Shown here one piece after another: positions 9,980 to 18,811 of a DNA stretch of 22,449 nucleotides. Positions within the stretch are counted from its first letter, which is position 1. The number at the start of each line of letters is the position of its first letter. The translations under genes and the position numbers were made by a program. Under the pieces are notes generated by a model. The model ran no database searches, was not told the DNA's origin, and saw only the letters and a program-made list of their open reading frames with translations. The stretch is from Campylobacterota bacterium. Its GTDB lineage: Bacteria > Campylobacterota > Campylobacteria > Campylobacterales > Sulfurimonadaceae. The stretch covers positions 6,670-29,118 of the forward strand of contig JAYEKO010000084.1 in assembly GCA_034661055.1 (NCBI GenBank). Direction: 5' to 3'.

Positions 9980-11287
9980 TTATTTACCAGACTTTTTCTT
10001 GTCATCAAACCTGCTTGCAGCTGGTCCGTCACGTTTCGTACGCTTCTTTTTAGTTGCAGGCCCTTTTCGCTGTCGTCGTCCAAAGGCACCCTTAGTACTT
10101 TTTTCTTTAGGAATCTGTTTAACTTCAGAACTTCCTACACTCTTTTCATGAACCATGCGCTCATACCCTTTTACATGTAATTGGGGAATCCTAAATTTAA
10201 TTAGACGCTCTACCGCTTTTAAGTAGTAATCTTCACGGGAACTCACTAGTGAAATTGCCTCACCTTCTCGTCCTGCTCGACCTGTTCTTCCTACACGGTG
10301 AACATAGTCTTCATTGACACTTGGCATCTCATAGTTTATGACATAATCAAGTTCATCAATATCTAGCCCACGAGCAGCAATATCCGTGCCTACAAGCACT
10401 CTAATTTTACCCTCACGAAAAGCATCAAGTGTACGTTTTCGTGCGCCCGCTTTATGCTCACCATGAATAGCTAGAGAACTTAAACCGGTCTCATTTAGAT
10501 ATGCGGCAACATCATCGGCACTTTTTTTGGTTTTAGCAAACACTAAAACTTTGTGCCAGTTTTTAGCACCAATTAAAAACGAAAGAAGCTCACTCTTTCT
10601 CTCGTCATCGACCAAACAGACGGAGTGCTTTACTGTTTTTGGAATCTCCCCTGCTCTATTAACCTCAAAGGTAAGTGGCTTACGCAGAACTTTTTCAGAG
10701 AGCATCTTTACCTTGCCCATTAGCGTTGCACTAAAAAGCAGTGTTTGACGAGTTGCAGGGAGTAGGTCAACAATTTTGTAAACATCGTTGTGAAAGCCCG
10801 TGTCAAACATACTGTCGGCTTCATCAATAACAAAGTGTTCAATCTGTGAAAGATTAATCTGTTTGAGTTTTATAATATCTAAGAGTCGTCCTGGTGTTGC
10901 AACAACAATGTCAGTGCCCTCATTTAAACGGTTAATCTGTGGTTCAATCTTAGCACCACCATAGATTAAATTATGATTTACATGTAAATTTGATGCAAAC
11001 TCATCTAAGCTTCTTCCCACTTGAATAATAAGTTCGCGTGTGGGTGTAATAATTAAAATACGGGGGTGTCGAAACCCTTCTTGGGCAGGCTGTTTTGTAA
11101 GCAGTTGAAGTAACGGCAACAGATAACTTGCTGTTTTACCACTACCCGTCTGTGCGGTTGCAAAGATATCACGTCCGCGCAGTAGTGCAGGAATAACCTC
11201 TTTTTGTACCGGCGTAGGTTCTTTGTAACCACTCTTTTGTACCGCTTTTAAGACCTCTTGATTTAAGCCTAATGTGTGAAATAACAT
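9980..11287 (-). CDS. DEAD-box ATP-dependent RNA helicase (RhlE-like)
   Basis: Q motif (GYKEPTPVQ), AQTGSGKT, PTREL, TPGRLLD, DEAD, SAT, ARGLD, HRVGRTGR and a Lys/Arg-rich C-terminal tail. Confidence 0.95.
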   Translation of the reverse strand: MLFHTLGLNQEVLKAVQKSGYKEPTPVQKEVIPALLRGRDIFATAQTGSGKTASYLLPLLQLLTKQPAQEGFRHPRILIITPTRELIIQVGRSLDEFASNLHVNHNLIYGGAKIEPQINRLNEGTDIVVATPGRLLDIIKLKQINLSQIEHFVIDEADSMFDTGFHNDVYKIVDLLPATRQTLLFSATLMGKVKMLSEKVLRKPLTFEVNRAGEIPKTVKHSVCLVDDERKSELLSFLIGAKNWHKVLVFAKTKKSADDVAAYLNETGLSSLAIHGEHKAGARKRTLDAFREGKIRVLVGTDIAARGLDIDELDYVINYEMPSVNEDYVHRVGRTGRAGREGEAISLVSSREDYYLKAVERLIKFRIPQLHVKGYERMVHEKSVGSSEVKQIPKEKSTKGAFGRRQRKGPATKKKRTKRDGPAASRFDDKKKSGK

Positions 11288-11295
11288 TCTCTACC

Positions 11296-12474
11296 TTACA
11301 GTTCTAATATTTTCCAAGGAAGCCCTTGCTTATTCATCTCGTTCATAAATGGGTCTGGATCAAACTGCTCCATATTGAAAACACCTTGACCTTGCCATTT
11401 TTTTTCAATCATCAGTTTAGCACCAATCATAGCAGGAACTCCTGTCGTATAAGAGACCCCTTGAGACTTCACTTCGGCATAGCACTGCTCATGATCACTC
11501 ACTTGATAAATGTAAATCTTACGCTTTTTACCATCTTTTAGACCCTCGGCAACAATTCCAATATTGGTTTTACCCGTAGTGCGCGGTCCAAGTGATGCAG
11601 GATCAGGAAGCAGTGTTGCTAAGAATTCAATAGGAGTAATTTTTTGACCCTGATGCTCTACTGGTTCAATTCCAAGCATTCCCACATTCTCTAATGCTTT
11701 CATATGCATTAAATAGCTCTCATCAAAGGTCATAAAAAAACGAATACGTTGTAAGCCTTTAATATGCTTGACAAGGGATTCCATCTCCTCATGATAGAGC
11801 AGATAACTCTCTTTAACCCCTATTTCTGGGTAATCCCAAGAGATATGAATCTCCATAGGTTTAGTCTCTATCCATTTTCCATGTTCCCAGTAACGTCCAT
11901 TGGAACTCACTTCACGCAGATTAATCTCAGGATTAAAGTTCGTTGCAAAAAAATAACCGTGATCTCCAGCGTTACAGTCTAAAATATCTATAGTATAAAT
12001 CTCATCAAAGTAATGTTTTTGAGCGTAAGCGCAAAAGACATTTGTAGCTCCTGGGTCAAACCCACTGCCTAAAAGTGCCATTATGTTAGTATTTTTAAAA
12101 GCATCATCACGCACCCACTGCTCTTTGTACTCAAACTTTGCCTCATCAGGATGTTCATAGTTTGCTGTGTCAAGATAATCAACTCCTGTTGCAATACAGG
12201 CATCCATTAAGGTTAAGTCTTGGTATGGGAGGGCTACATTAATTAAAATATCTGCACCAATACTCTTGATTAACTCTACGACTTCATCTGTTTTATCGGC
12301 ATCTATAGTTGTCACTTCAATGGCACCAAGCGGCAGTTCACTAGCAATGATCTCACACTTACTTAGTGTCCGTGATGCAAGAACAATTTTTGTAAAAGTA
12401 GTAGCATTTTGAACGCACTTATGTGCCACAACACGCCCCACACCTCCAGCACCAATAATTAAGACTGTAGCCAT
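11296..12474 (-). CDS. Saccharopine dehydrogenase family protein, probably carboxy(nor)spermidine dehydrogenase (CASDH)
   Basis: Rossmann motif IIGAGGVG, plus YLDTANYE, GSGFDPG, DCNAGDHG..FATNFNPEINLRE and VSYTTGVPAMIGA, typical of bacterial CASDH. SD AAGGAG upstream. Confidence 0.88.
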   Translation of the reverse strand: MATVLIIGAGGVGRVVAHKCVQNATTFTKIVLASRTLSKCEIIASELPLGAIEVTTIDADKTDEVVELIKSIGADILINVALPYQDLTLMDACIATGVDYLDTANYEHPDEAKFEYKEQWVRDDAFKNTNIMALLGSGFDPGATNVFCAYAQKHYFDEIYTIDILDCNAGDHGYFFATNFNPEINLREVSSNGRYWEHGKWIETKPMEIHISWDYPEIGVKESYLLYHEEMESLVKHIKGLQRIRFFMTFDESYLMHMKALENVGMLGIEPVEHQGQKITPIEFLATLLPDPASLGPRTTGKTNIGIVAEGLKDGKKRKIYIYQVSDHEQCYAEVKSQGVSYTTGVPAMIGAKLMIEKKWQGQGVFNMEQFDPDPFMNEMNKQGLPWKILEL

Positions 12475-12512
12475 AAAACTCCTTCAACAGCTAATTTACA
12501 TGTAATTATATA

Positions 12513-14753
12513 CTAAAAAGCGTGTCCTAAATAGAAATACAGAGAATCTCGTCCGCCTTTTGAGAGTCCATATGCAAAATAGAACGGGCCTAAAATGGTA
12601 TCTGAAGCAAGATAGATATTTGCGGCACTAATCATACTAGGAGTATTCTGCTCATCATGAAACCATACATTCCCCATCTCAACCATACCACCAACATACA
12701 GTGGCGCAGAGAGTGCCCCAAAAAAATTATTATTTGAGATTTGATACCTGTAATTCAGGACACCTAAAAGTCGTGTATCTCCAGAGAGTGCATTATTGGC
12801 GTAACCAGATAGTTTTGCAAATCCACCTAAAGTAAGTAGTGATGTAAAATCCGACTCTCCATTGTAGGTTGTAGCATACTCTAGTTTAGGCAAAAAGGTG
12901 TGTTTACCAAAACTGTACGCAGCATTAAAAGATGTGTCAATCTGTTCAAAATCAAGATCACCACCAAGAGAGTCAAACTCTTTACTCCATTTTACATAAG
13001 AGTAATACCCATACTTTGGAAAAAACGCGTTGTCATAAGAGTCATAAACCATTTTAAAATTCAGAGATCGTGAATCATCTTTATTTTTAAATCTGACATA
13101 TTCTACTTGCATAGTTTCAGCATCTATTGCCAAAGTGTCATAAATAGATTCATTTTTTTTCGCAGCAATAGTAGCTTCTACTTGAAAACTATTGGTAAGA
13201 TTAGCTCCAAATGCCAAAGCAGCACCACTCTCTTTAACTTCAATGTCTAACACGTCCTCATCAGAACCTTCGACTCCTACTGCTGTTGCACTAGTATATA
13301 CATTTCGGTCCCTATAGAAGAAATAAGGTTTAAAGTAATACTTTTGCATCATGTCAATGGGTTGATACCACTCCGTGTAAATTAGCTCTTCACTTCCTAT
13401 ACTAAAGCGATTTCGCCACTCTGCACCATAACTATTTAATCCATACAGTGTTGCTTCAAAACGTAAATCAAAATCATTTTCACCTTTGAAGTTATCTTCA
13501 AAGCTAATGCCTGCTTTAATAATTCCATTTTGATTCCAACTTGGATCTGCATTTACATGTAAAATAGAGTTGCCATCTTTTGACTCAATATCATAAAGTA
13601 TTTCACTAAAAATTTCAGTATTAAAAAGCCTGTCTATTCCGCTTTCTACTCTTGTAACATTAAAATCATCACCATTTTTCACATCTAATTTTTTCATAAT
13701 AAACTTATTGGAGATATAGGTTGAATTATTAATATTTATGGCATCAATAGTGCCATAGTCAAAAGATGGTTGGTATCGTGAACTTTTTTTGTAGCGCTTA
13801 TACTCACTCTCACTAACACTAAGGTGCGATAAATTACTGTGATAGATACTCTCCACACTCTGCTCACCAATGGCAATAATCTCTGGATATTTATTTGAGT
13901 CTAGTGGCGTATAGCCTTTGAGGTCTGGAGTAATGAGTATTTCGTTATCTCTCATAGATGCAATATCTTTTTCAACATTTTTACGCATTAAAATATCTGA
14001 AAGCTGAGAGATTACTGTCAGGTACGATTCTGAGTCTATATCTTTAGCAAAAGGCGTACTAATATCTACCGCAACAATAATATCTGCGCCCATATCTCTC
14101 ATCGCTTCAAGAGGTAAGTTTGCAGCAATTCCTCCATCTACTAAGACTTTACCGTCTATTTCAATAGGTTCAAAACCACCTGGAATAGCAATTGAAGCGT
14201 AAATTGATTTAGAGAAATCTCCACTCTCAAGCACTACCATTTCACCATTTTGCAAGTTACTAGCAACTGCTACATAAGGAATAGGAAAATCCGAGAAATT
14301 TTTAATGTTATTTACATGTAAAGTCTCTCTTTTTAAAAGTTTTAACATCTGCTGTGCACTAAACAGACCTGCTTGAAAGGTAGGTTCATCCTCACTGTTT
14401 AAGCCAATGCGCAGTCTTCCTGGAAAGTCTCTATCAAACTGTTTACGTTGAAACGGTATCTTGGCACGCTCATAAGAGACCGATATGTAATCTTCCCATG
14501 ACGTTTCAGTAAGCAGTTTCTCAATCTCATCAGATGTCTTTCCAGAAGCATATAGTCCACCCACAAGTGACCCCATACTCGTCCCTGCAATCATATCTAT
14601 GGGAATATAATATTTCTCAAACATCTTTATGACACCTAGGTGCGCTCCACCACGAGCACCACCACCGCTAAGTACCAGACCAATTTTAGGACGCGTTGTC
14701 TCTGCATAAGTCATGCTTACCAATAGTAAAAATAGGACTAATAGTTTCATCAT
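12513..14753 (-). CDS. Patatin-like phospholipase with POTRA and an Omp85-like beta-barrel (PlpD / type Vd-like)
   Basis: Signal peptide, then patatin motifs GGGARG, GTSMG and DGG. POTRA-like segment near TIDAINI...LFNTEIFSEI, an amphipathic beta-strand C-terminus and a terminal Phe (YFYLGHAF). Confidence 0.88.
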   Translation of the reverse strand: MMKLLVLFLLLVSMTYAETTRPKIGLVLSGGGARGGAHLGVIKMFEKYYIPIDMIAGTSMGSLVGGLYASGKTSDEIEKLLTETSWEDYISVSYERAKIPFQRKQFDRDFPGRLRIGLNSEDEPTFQAGLFSAQQMLKLLKRETLHVNNIKNFSDFPIPYVAVASNLQNGEMVVLESGDFSKSIYASIAIPGGFEPIEIDGKVLVDGGIAANLPLEAMRDMGADIIVAVDISTPFAKDIDSESYLTVISQLSDILMRKNVEKDIASMRDNEILITPDLKGYTPLDSNKYPEIIAIGEQSVESIYHSNLSHLSVSESEYKRYKKSSRYQPSFDYGTIDAININNSTYISNKFIMKKLDVKNGDDFNVTRVESGIDRLFNTEIFSEILYDIESKDGNSILHVNADPSWNQNGIIKAGISFEDNFKGENDFDLRFEATLYGLNSYGAEWRNRFSIGSEELIYTEWYQPIDMMQKYYFKPYFFYRDRNVYTSATAVGVEGSDEDVLDIEVKESGAALAFGANLTNSFQVEATIAAKKNESIYDTLAIDAETMQVEYVRFKNKDDSRSLNFKMVYDSYDNAFFPKYGYYSYVKWSKEFDSLGGDLDFEQIDTSFNAAYSFGKHTFLPKLEYATTYNGESDFTSLLTLGGFAKLSGYANNALSGDTRLLGVLNYRYQISNNNFFGALSAPLYVGGMVEMGNVWFHDEQNTPSMISAANIYLASDTILGPFYFAYGLSKGGRDSLYFYLGHAF

Positions 14754-16582
14754 AAAGTCTCCTTTTTAAGTCTTAATACCGCATCTCTCACCTCTTGCGA
14801 ACTGCTTTGAAGTGAGATACCTTGAGCAAAAGTAATGGTTATCTCTCTTCTAAATAGTAGATGCTTGAGTATATTTTTTGTTTTAGAGCGACTAAAGAGT
14901 GATCCATACATATTGCCTATATAAAATGGGACAATAGTACCATTATAGTTTTTTGCAACCTGTTCAAAACCTCTGTAAAATTTTCCAATCTCTCCATCAT
15001 AACTTATACGACCTTCAGGAAAAAGAGCTACCATCTCACGCGAAGCAATACACTCACTAGCACGCTTAAAAGCCTCTTTAGCACCACGCGCTGATATAGG
15101 AATAGCATTACCCAGTTTAAAAAAAGGCTTTAAAAATTTTGCCTCATAAATATCTCGATCCATCACATAGTTTATGCGACGACGAAGTGGCAGTTGTACC
15201 AATAACCAGTCAATCCATGAGATATGATTTCCTAAAAGCAGTACCGCACTCTCATCGGAGACATTTTCAACGCCAACATAACGAATCTTATAGCGCAAGG
15301 AGAGCAGTAGCTCCAGAACTAACCATATTAGCATAACGAGATAACTTCTTATGAGATAGACACAAAGTACTAAACCAATACTCCCCATAATAAGAAACAG
15401 CGAAAAAGAGTTCAAACCGTAATAAGCAAAAAGCGTAGTCAGCAGTAGTGCCGTAAACATAAAAATATTTTGAATGAAGTTATTACCCGCAAGAATAGTA
15501 CCTAGATGAACTCGTGGTGAGCGCTGCTGTATGTAGGCATTTAAGGGAACAATAAAGAGTCCTGCAAAGATCCCAAACGTAAAAAAAGCGGTCGCTATAG
15601 CCGTTAAGCTGGTTAAAAAAGGCAACATTAATGTAATAATTGAAAACCCTAAAGCCCCTAAGGGTGCCGCTCCAAGATGAATAAAGTACTTTGAGATCTT
15701 AGCACTTAAAAAAGAGCCGACAATAATACCAATACCCGCTAGTGCCATCATCCCTTGGACCATAATAGCGTTATCTACATGTAATTGTGTTTTGGCATAT
15801 GCTCCAAAAATGGCTAAAACCACCTGAGATATTGACCAAAAAAGACTCAGCGCAACAATGGCAATAACAATCTTACGTTTACGCATAATGACTCTAAGGT
15901 TCTTTCTCAGATAGTAGCCGTTTTTATATTTCTTAAAATTAAATCGTTTTTTAGAGGGAGCTATCTGTCTATTTGGAAGTCTCAATGTTAGGTAATACTC
16001 AAAAAGTGAGCTAATAACAAGCAGCCAACCAATAGGTGCAATCTGTTGTAAAATGTCTGATGCTGTAGCAAATTCATCTGTTAAAGCATTCTCAAAAAGA
16101 ACCGTATAAAAAAGTATTCCTCCAAGTATGGCTACGGTTGTTACCGCCTGAACCACTGCGTTACCCATGGTAATACGACTCTCTCCTACAAGCTCTTTAA
16201 TGTACCCATACTTTGCAGGTGAGAAGATAGCACTCTGAGTAGAGAGCAAAAATGTAAAGAAAAAAGCTAAATAAAAGAGTCCCAAATAGTAGGACAAAGT
16301 AATGCCTAGAGTAATCACTACAGCAGCTAGTGATGAGTACTTCATAATAGTATGTTTAGGATATTTATCGGAGAGAAATCCAGATGGTGAGAAGAGCATA
16401 ATAAAAGGTAGTAGTACTAATGCGCTTAAAAATGCTGTTAGTATTATCTGTAGGCGTTCATCATATAGCTTAAAGACACTATTTTGAATAATAATCTTAT
16501 GTCCCAAGTCAGTAAAAGCGTTAATAAATAAAACGGCTATATAGGGAATGAAGCCTTCAATACTATTTAGCCGTTTACTCAT
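14750..16582 (-). CDS. MFS lysophospholipid transporter (LplT-like) fused to a glycerolipid acyltransferase; Aas-like but without the acyl-ACP synthetase domain
   Basis: About 12 hydrophobic segments with GFLSDKYPK and QSAIFSPAKYGYIKEL, then acyltransferase motifs NHISWID and LFPEGRIS. The ATG at 16582 overlaps the upstream stop (ATGA), so I prefer it to 16600. Confidence 0.87.
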   Translation of the reverse strand: MSKRLNSIEGFIPYIAVLFINAFTDLGHKIIIQNSVFKLYDERLQIILTAFLSALVLLPFIMLFSPSGFLSDKYPKHTIMKYSSLAAVVITLGITLSYYLGLFYLAFFFTFLLSTQSAIFSPAKYGYIKELVGESRITMGNAVVQAVTTVAILGGILFYTVLFENALTDEFATASDILQQIAPIGWLLVISSLFEYYLTLRLPNRQIAPSKKRFNFKKYKNGYYLRKNLRVIMRKRKIVIAIVALSLFWSISQVVLAIFGAYAKTQLHVDNAIMVQGMMALAGIGIIVGSFLSAKISKYFIHLGAAPLGALGFSIITLMLPFLTSLTAIATAFFTFGIFAGLFIVPLNAYIQQRSPRVHLGTILAGNNFIQNIFMFTALLLTTLFAYYGLNSFSLFLIMGSIGLVLCVYLIRSYLVMLIWLVLELLLSLRYKIRYVGVENVSDESAVLLLGNHISWIDWLLVQLPLRRRINYVMDRDIYEAKFLKPFFKLGNAIPISARGAKEAFKRASECIASREMVALFPEGRISYDGEIGKFYRGFEQVAKNYNGTIVPFYIGNMYGSLFSRSKTKNILKHLLFRREITITFAQGISLQSSSQEVRDAVLRLKKETL

Positions 16583-17292
16583 GCCAAAGTAGTACTCCAA
16601 CCTTCATATAGACCATGTTCATCCATTGCCAACTGCATTAGCTCTTTTGTTATTGTGTCAACTACTTCTGGAGTTACACTGTGTACTTGAGTCAATACAA
16701 TTGCGTGACGAAGTTCACTCTCATCATCAACAAGTTCTTCTTTACATGTAAATTCTAAACTCTGTGCTTTAGAGATGGCACGCTGGGCATTACTTTTTGT
16801 TGGAAAAAAGAGGTAGTGTTCTACCTCTCTGATGGCTTCGTGATTATCTCCAGCAGCATGAAGAGATGAAATAATGTCACTGTTTCTAATCTGCAGAAAT
16901 TGCATCTCATCTGGATAGAGTTCATCAAAGTAGAGTTTATACTTTGTATCTTTATAAGAACCTACTTCATAACTATATTTTGAGCCTACTACAGATGCGG
17001 TGATGTTCTCAAATTTTTTAGCACTGTAGGCATAAAAGTAGATCTCAAACCAGCCATCAACGACTCTGTAGCCTGCTAATGTCGCTTCTAATTTCTCTTT
17101 TAAGGAACTATTTAACTCCTCTAAGAGTTCTAGTAGCAATGTTAGCTCATCAGCACTGCCCTCTCTAATTTTAAGAAAAATCCATAAGACATTTTGGGCA
17201 AAAGTCTCATAAGACTCTTTTTCAAACTCTAGGTTGACACCGACTTCTATTGACTCATTGTCATCATTTACGTTCTGGTATCGTGTTAGCAT
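16579..17292 (-). CDS. DUF695-domain protein with a C-terminal RraB-like domain
   Basis: Acidic 237-aa protein. N-terminal AGYRVVDGWFEIYFYA (DUF695-like) and C-terminal GD....REVEHYLFF...HGLYEGWST (RraB-like). Family recognised from memory. Confidence 0.7.
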   Translation of the reverse strand: MLTRYQNVNDDNESIEVGVNLEFEKESYETFAQNVLWIFLKIREGSADELTLLLELLEELNSSLKEKLEATLAGYRVVDGWFEIYFYAYSAKKFENITASVVGSKYSYEVGSYKDTKYKLYFDELYPDEMQFLQIRNSDIISSLHAAGDNHEAIREVEHYLFFPTKSNAQRAISKAQSLEFTCKEELVDDESELRHAIVLTQVHSVTPEVVDTITKELMQLAMDEHGLYEGWSTTLA

Positions 17293-17303
17293 TTTACCTC
17301 TTG

Positions 17304-17741
17304 TTATTGTAATTTTTTTACAGCAGCAACGTTATTGCCATCTTTAATAATCTGCACACGATCACCGGTATGAAACTCATTTCCTTTAGTAACAACCACT
17401 ACAACATTAGAGTTATTAAGCTCTACCGTTAACTCCTGAGCATCAGATTTATTAACCTCACCTCCAGCATACGAACCCGCTAGACCACCTGCTAATGTTG
17501 CAAGCGTCCTACCATTACCACGTCCTACGGTTGAACCTAAAACACCACCCACAATAGCACCAAGAAAACTTCCTGTTCCTGTATCTGAAATAACAACAGG
17601 CCTATGGCCTACTATCGTACCAATCTGAATTTTTTTCATCTGGGAATAGCTTCTTCCATCATATTCCGGGCCTTTATTGGTTGCACATCCACCGATGAAT
17701 AGAGCTATCAGTGTCACCATTACTATAAAAAATATTTTCAC
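17304..17741 (-). CDS. Glycine-zipper 2TM outer-membrane lipoprotein (SlyB/Pcp-like)
   Basis: Lipobox IGG|C and glycine zipper GSFLGAIVGGVLGSTVGRGNGRTLATLAGGLAGSYAG. GTG start with SD GAGGAAG. Confidence 0.88.
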   Translation of the reverse strand: MKIFFIVMVTLIALFIGGCATNKGPEYDGRSYSQMKKIQIGTIVGHRPVVISDTGTGSFLGAIVGGVLGSTVGRGNGRTLATLAGGLAGSYAGGEVNKSDAQELTVELNNSNVVVVVTKGNEFHTGDRVQIIKDGNNVAAVKKLQ

Positions 17742-17765
17742 TACTACTTCCTCATAATTTTAATA

Positions 17766-17802
17766 AGAGTATATCATGATAGCTATTAACATGATATAAT
17801 CT
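17766..17802. promoter_or_regulatory. Back-to-back extended -10 promoters forming an inverted repeat
   Basis: The + strand has TGATATAAT (17792-17800) and the - strand has TGATATACT (17768-17776). The arms CATGATATAATCT and CATGATATACTCT match at 12 of 13 positions. Confidence 0.65.
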
Positions 17803-17811
17803 CTATCACAA

Positions 17812-18207
17812 ATGAATGATATTTACACACTTACCCTAATTTATCTTATTTTAGAACTCTTTGAGACACAGTGGCAAAAAGCTGACACCCTTATTGGCAT
17901 GCTTGAAAATATGTATGAAAAGTTTCAAAGTAATATTTTACAGTTTCTAATTCTTCATCCAACATTTTACTTTACCATATACTTAGCCATGATTACCGAT
18001 TACTCTGCGCAAATATTATTAGTACTTTTTATTAAGACCTTTGATATTGCAACAAAAATTATTTTAATGGTACAAGTATTTCAAAAAGAAGAGATACCTC
18101 AGGAGCTTTCACAGATGCTATTGGCACCACTTCATAAGCTGATGCCCTACATTGGAGTGGGACTTTACGTCCCGTTAATATTTATGGGCTTGATTAACAC
18201 TTATTGA
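17812..18207 (+). CDS. Hypothetical membrane protein
   Basis: 131-aa ORF with 3-4 hydrophobic segments, preceded by an extended -10 box. Its end overlaps the hisG 3' end convergently. Confidence 0.75.
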   Translation: MNDIYTLTLIYLILELFETQWQKADTLIGMLENMYEKFQSNILQFLILHPTFYFTIYLAMITDYSAQILLVLFIKTFDIATKIILMVQVFQKEEIPQELSQMLLAPLHKLMPYIGVGLYVPLIFMGLINTY

Positions 18208-18811
18208 TTGTTGCATTAATCTTTTCGTAGATATCCAGCACTTCGGACTTTTTCTCAAAATAGCTGTTTTTGTTAGCAATGAGATACGTTGATGATTCCA
18301 TTATGGTCTCAACAACTTCTAAACCGTTTTGCTTCATTGTTGCACCAGTGTCAACAATATCGACAATCATGTCGGCAAGCCCAACAAGTGGAGCTAGTTC
18401 AATTGAGCCGTAAAGTTTAATGACATCAGCAGCAACGGCACGTTCTGCAAAATACCGTTTGGTAATGTTTACCATTTTTGTTGCTACTTTAATCTCTGGC
18501 TTACTAAAATCTAATGTTTCACCTTTACGCATACCAATGGCTACTTTACATCTGCCTCGACACATATCTAAAAGACGAATAACGTCTAATCCCTGCTCTT
18601 CTAATGTGTCCAAACCTACCACACCAATGTCGGCAGCTTGATGGTAAACGTAAGTTGCTACATCTTGGTTACGTACCAATAAAAATTTAAAATCTGGAGT
18701 CTCAAGAATCAGTTTACGGTCATCAAAGACAAACTCACTGCCAAATATTGTCTCAAAAACCTCTAATGTCTCTTCAGCAATTCGTCCTTTAGGTAGGGCT
18801 ACTGTTAACAT
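18194..18811 (-). CDS. hisG: ATP phosphoribosyltransferase, short form (HisZ-dependent)
   Basis: MLTVALPKGRI, DIGVVGLDTLEE and KLYGSIELAPLVGLADMIVDIVDTGATMKQNGL. At 205 aa it lacks the C-terminal regulatory domain. Confidence 0.97.
   Translation of the reverse strand: MLTVALPKGRIAEETLEVFETIFGSEFVFDDRKLILETPDFKFLLVRNQDVATYVYHQAADIGVVGLDTLEEQGLDVIRLLDMCRGRCKVAIGMRKGETLDFSKPEIKVATKMVNITKRYFAERAVAADVIKLYGSIELAPLVGLADMIVDIVDTGATMKQNGLEVVETIMESSTYLIANKNSYFEKKSEVLDIYEKINATINKC

Noticed and set aside
9821..10180. ORFs 9821..10180 (+) and 9880..10089 (-)
   Set aside because: Both are shadow ORFs overlapping the helicase 3' end and the inverted repeat, with no recognisable motifs.
8002..11287. RNase T2 + nuclease-like + helicase as an anti-phage defence system
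   Set aside because: The helicase is an ordinary RhlE-like DEAD-box protein, RNase T2 is on the opposite strand with a signal peptide, and there is no island context.
11296..12474. CASDH without an adjacent carboxynorspermidine decarboxylase
   Set aside because: The two genes are commonly unlinked in Campylobacterota, so this is not unusual.
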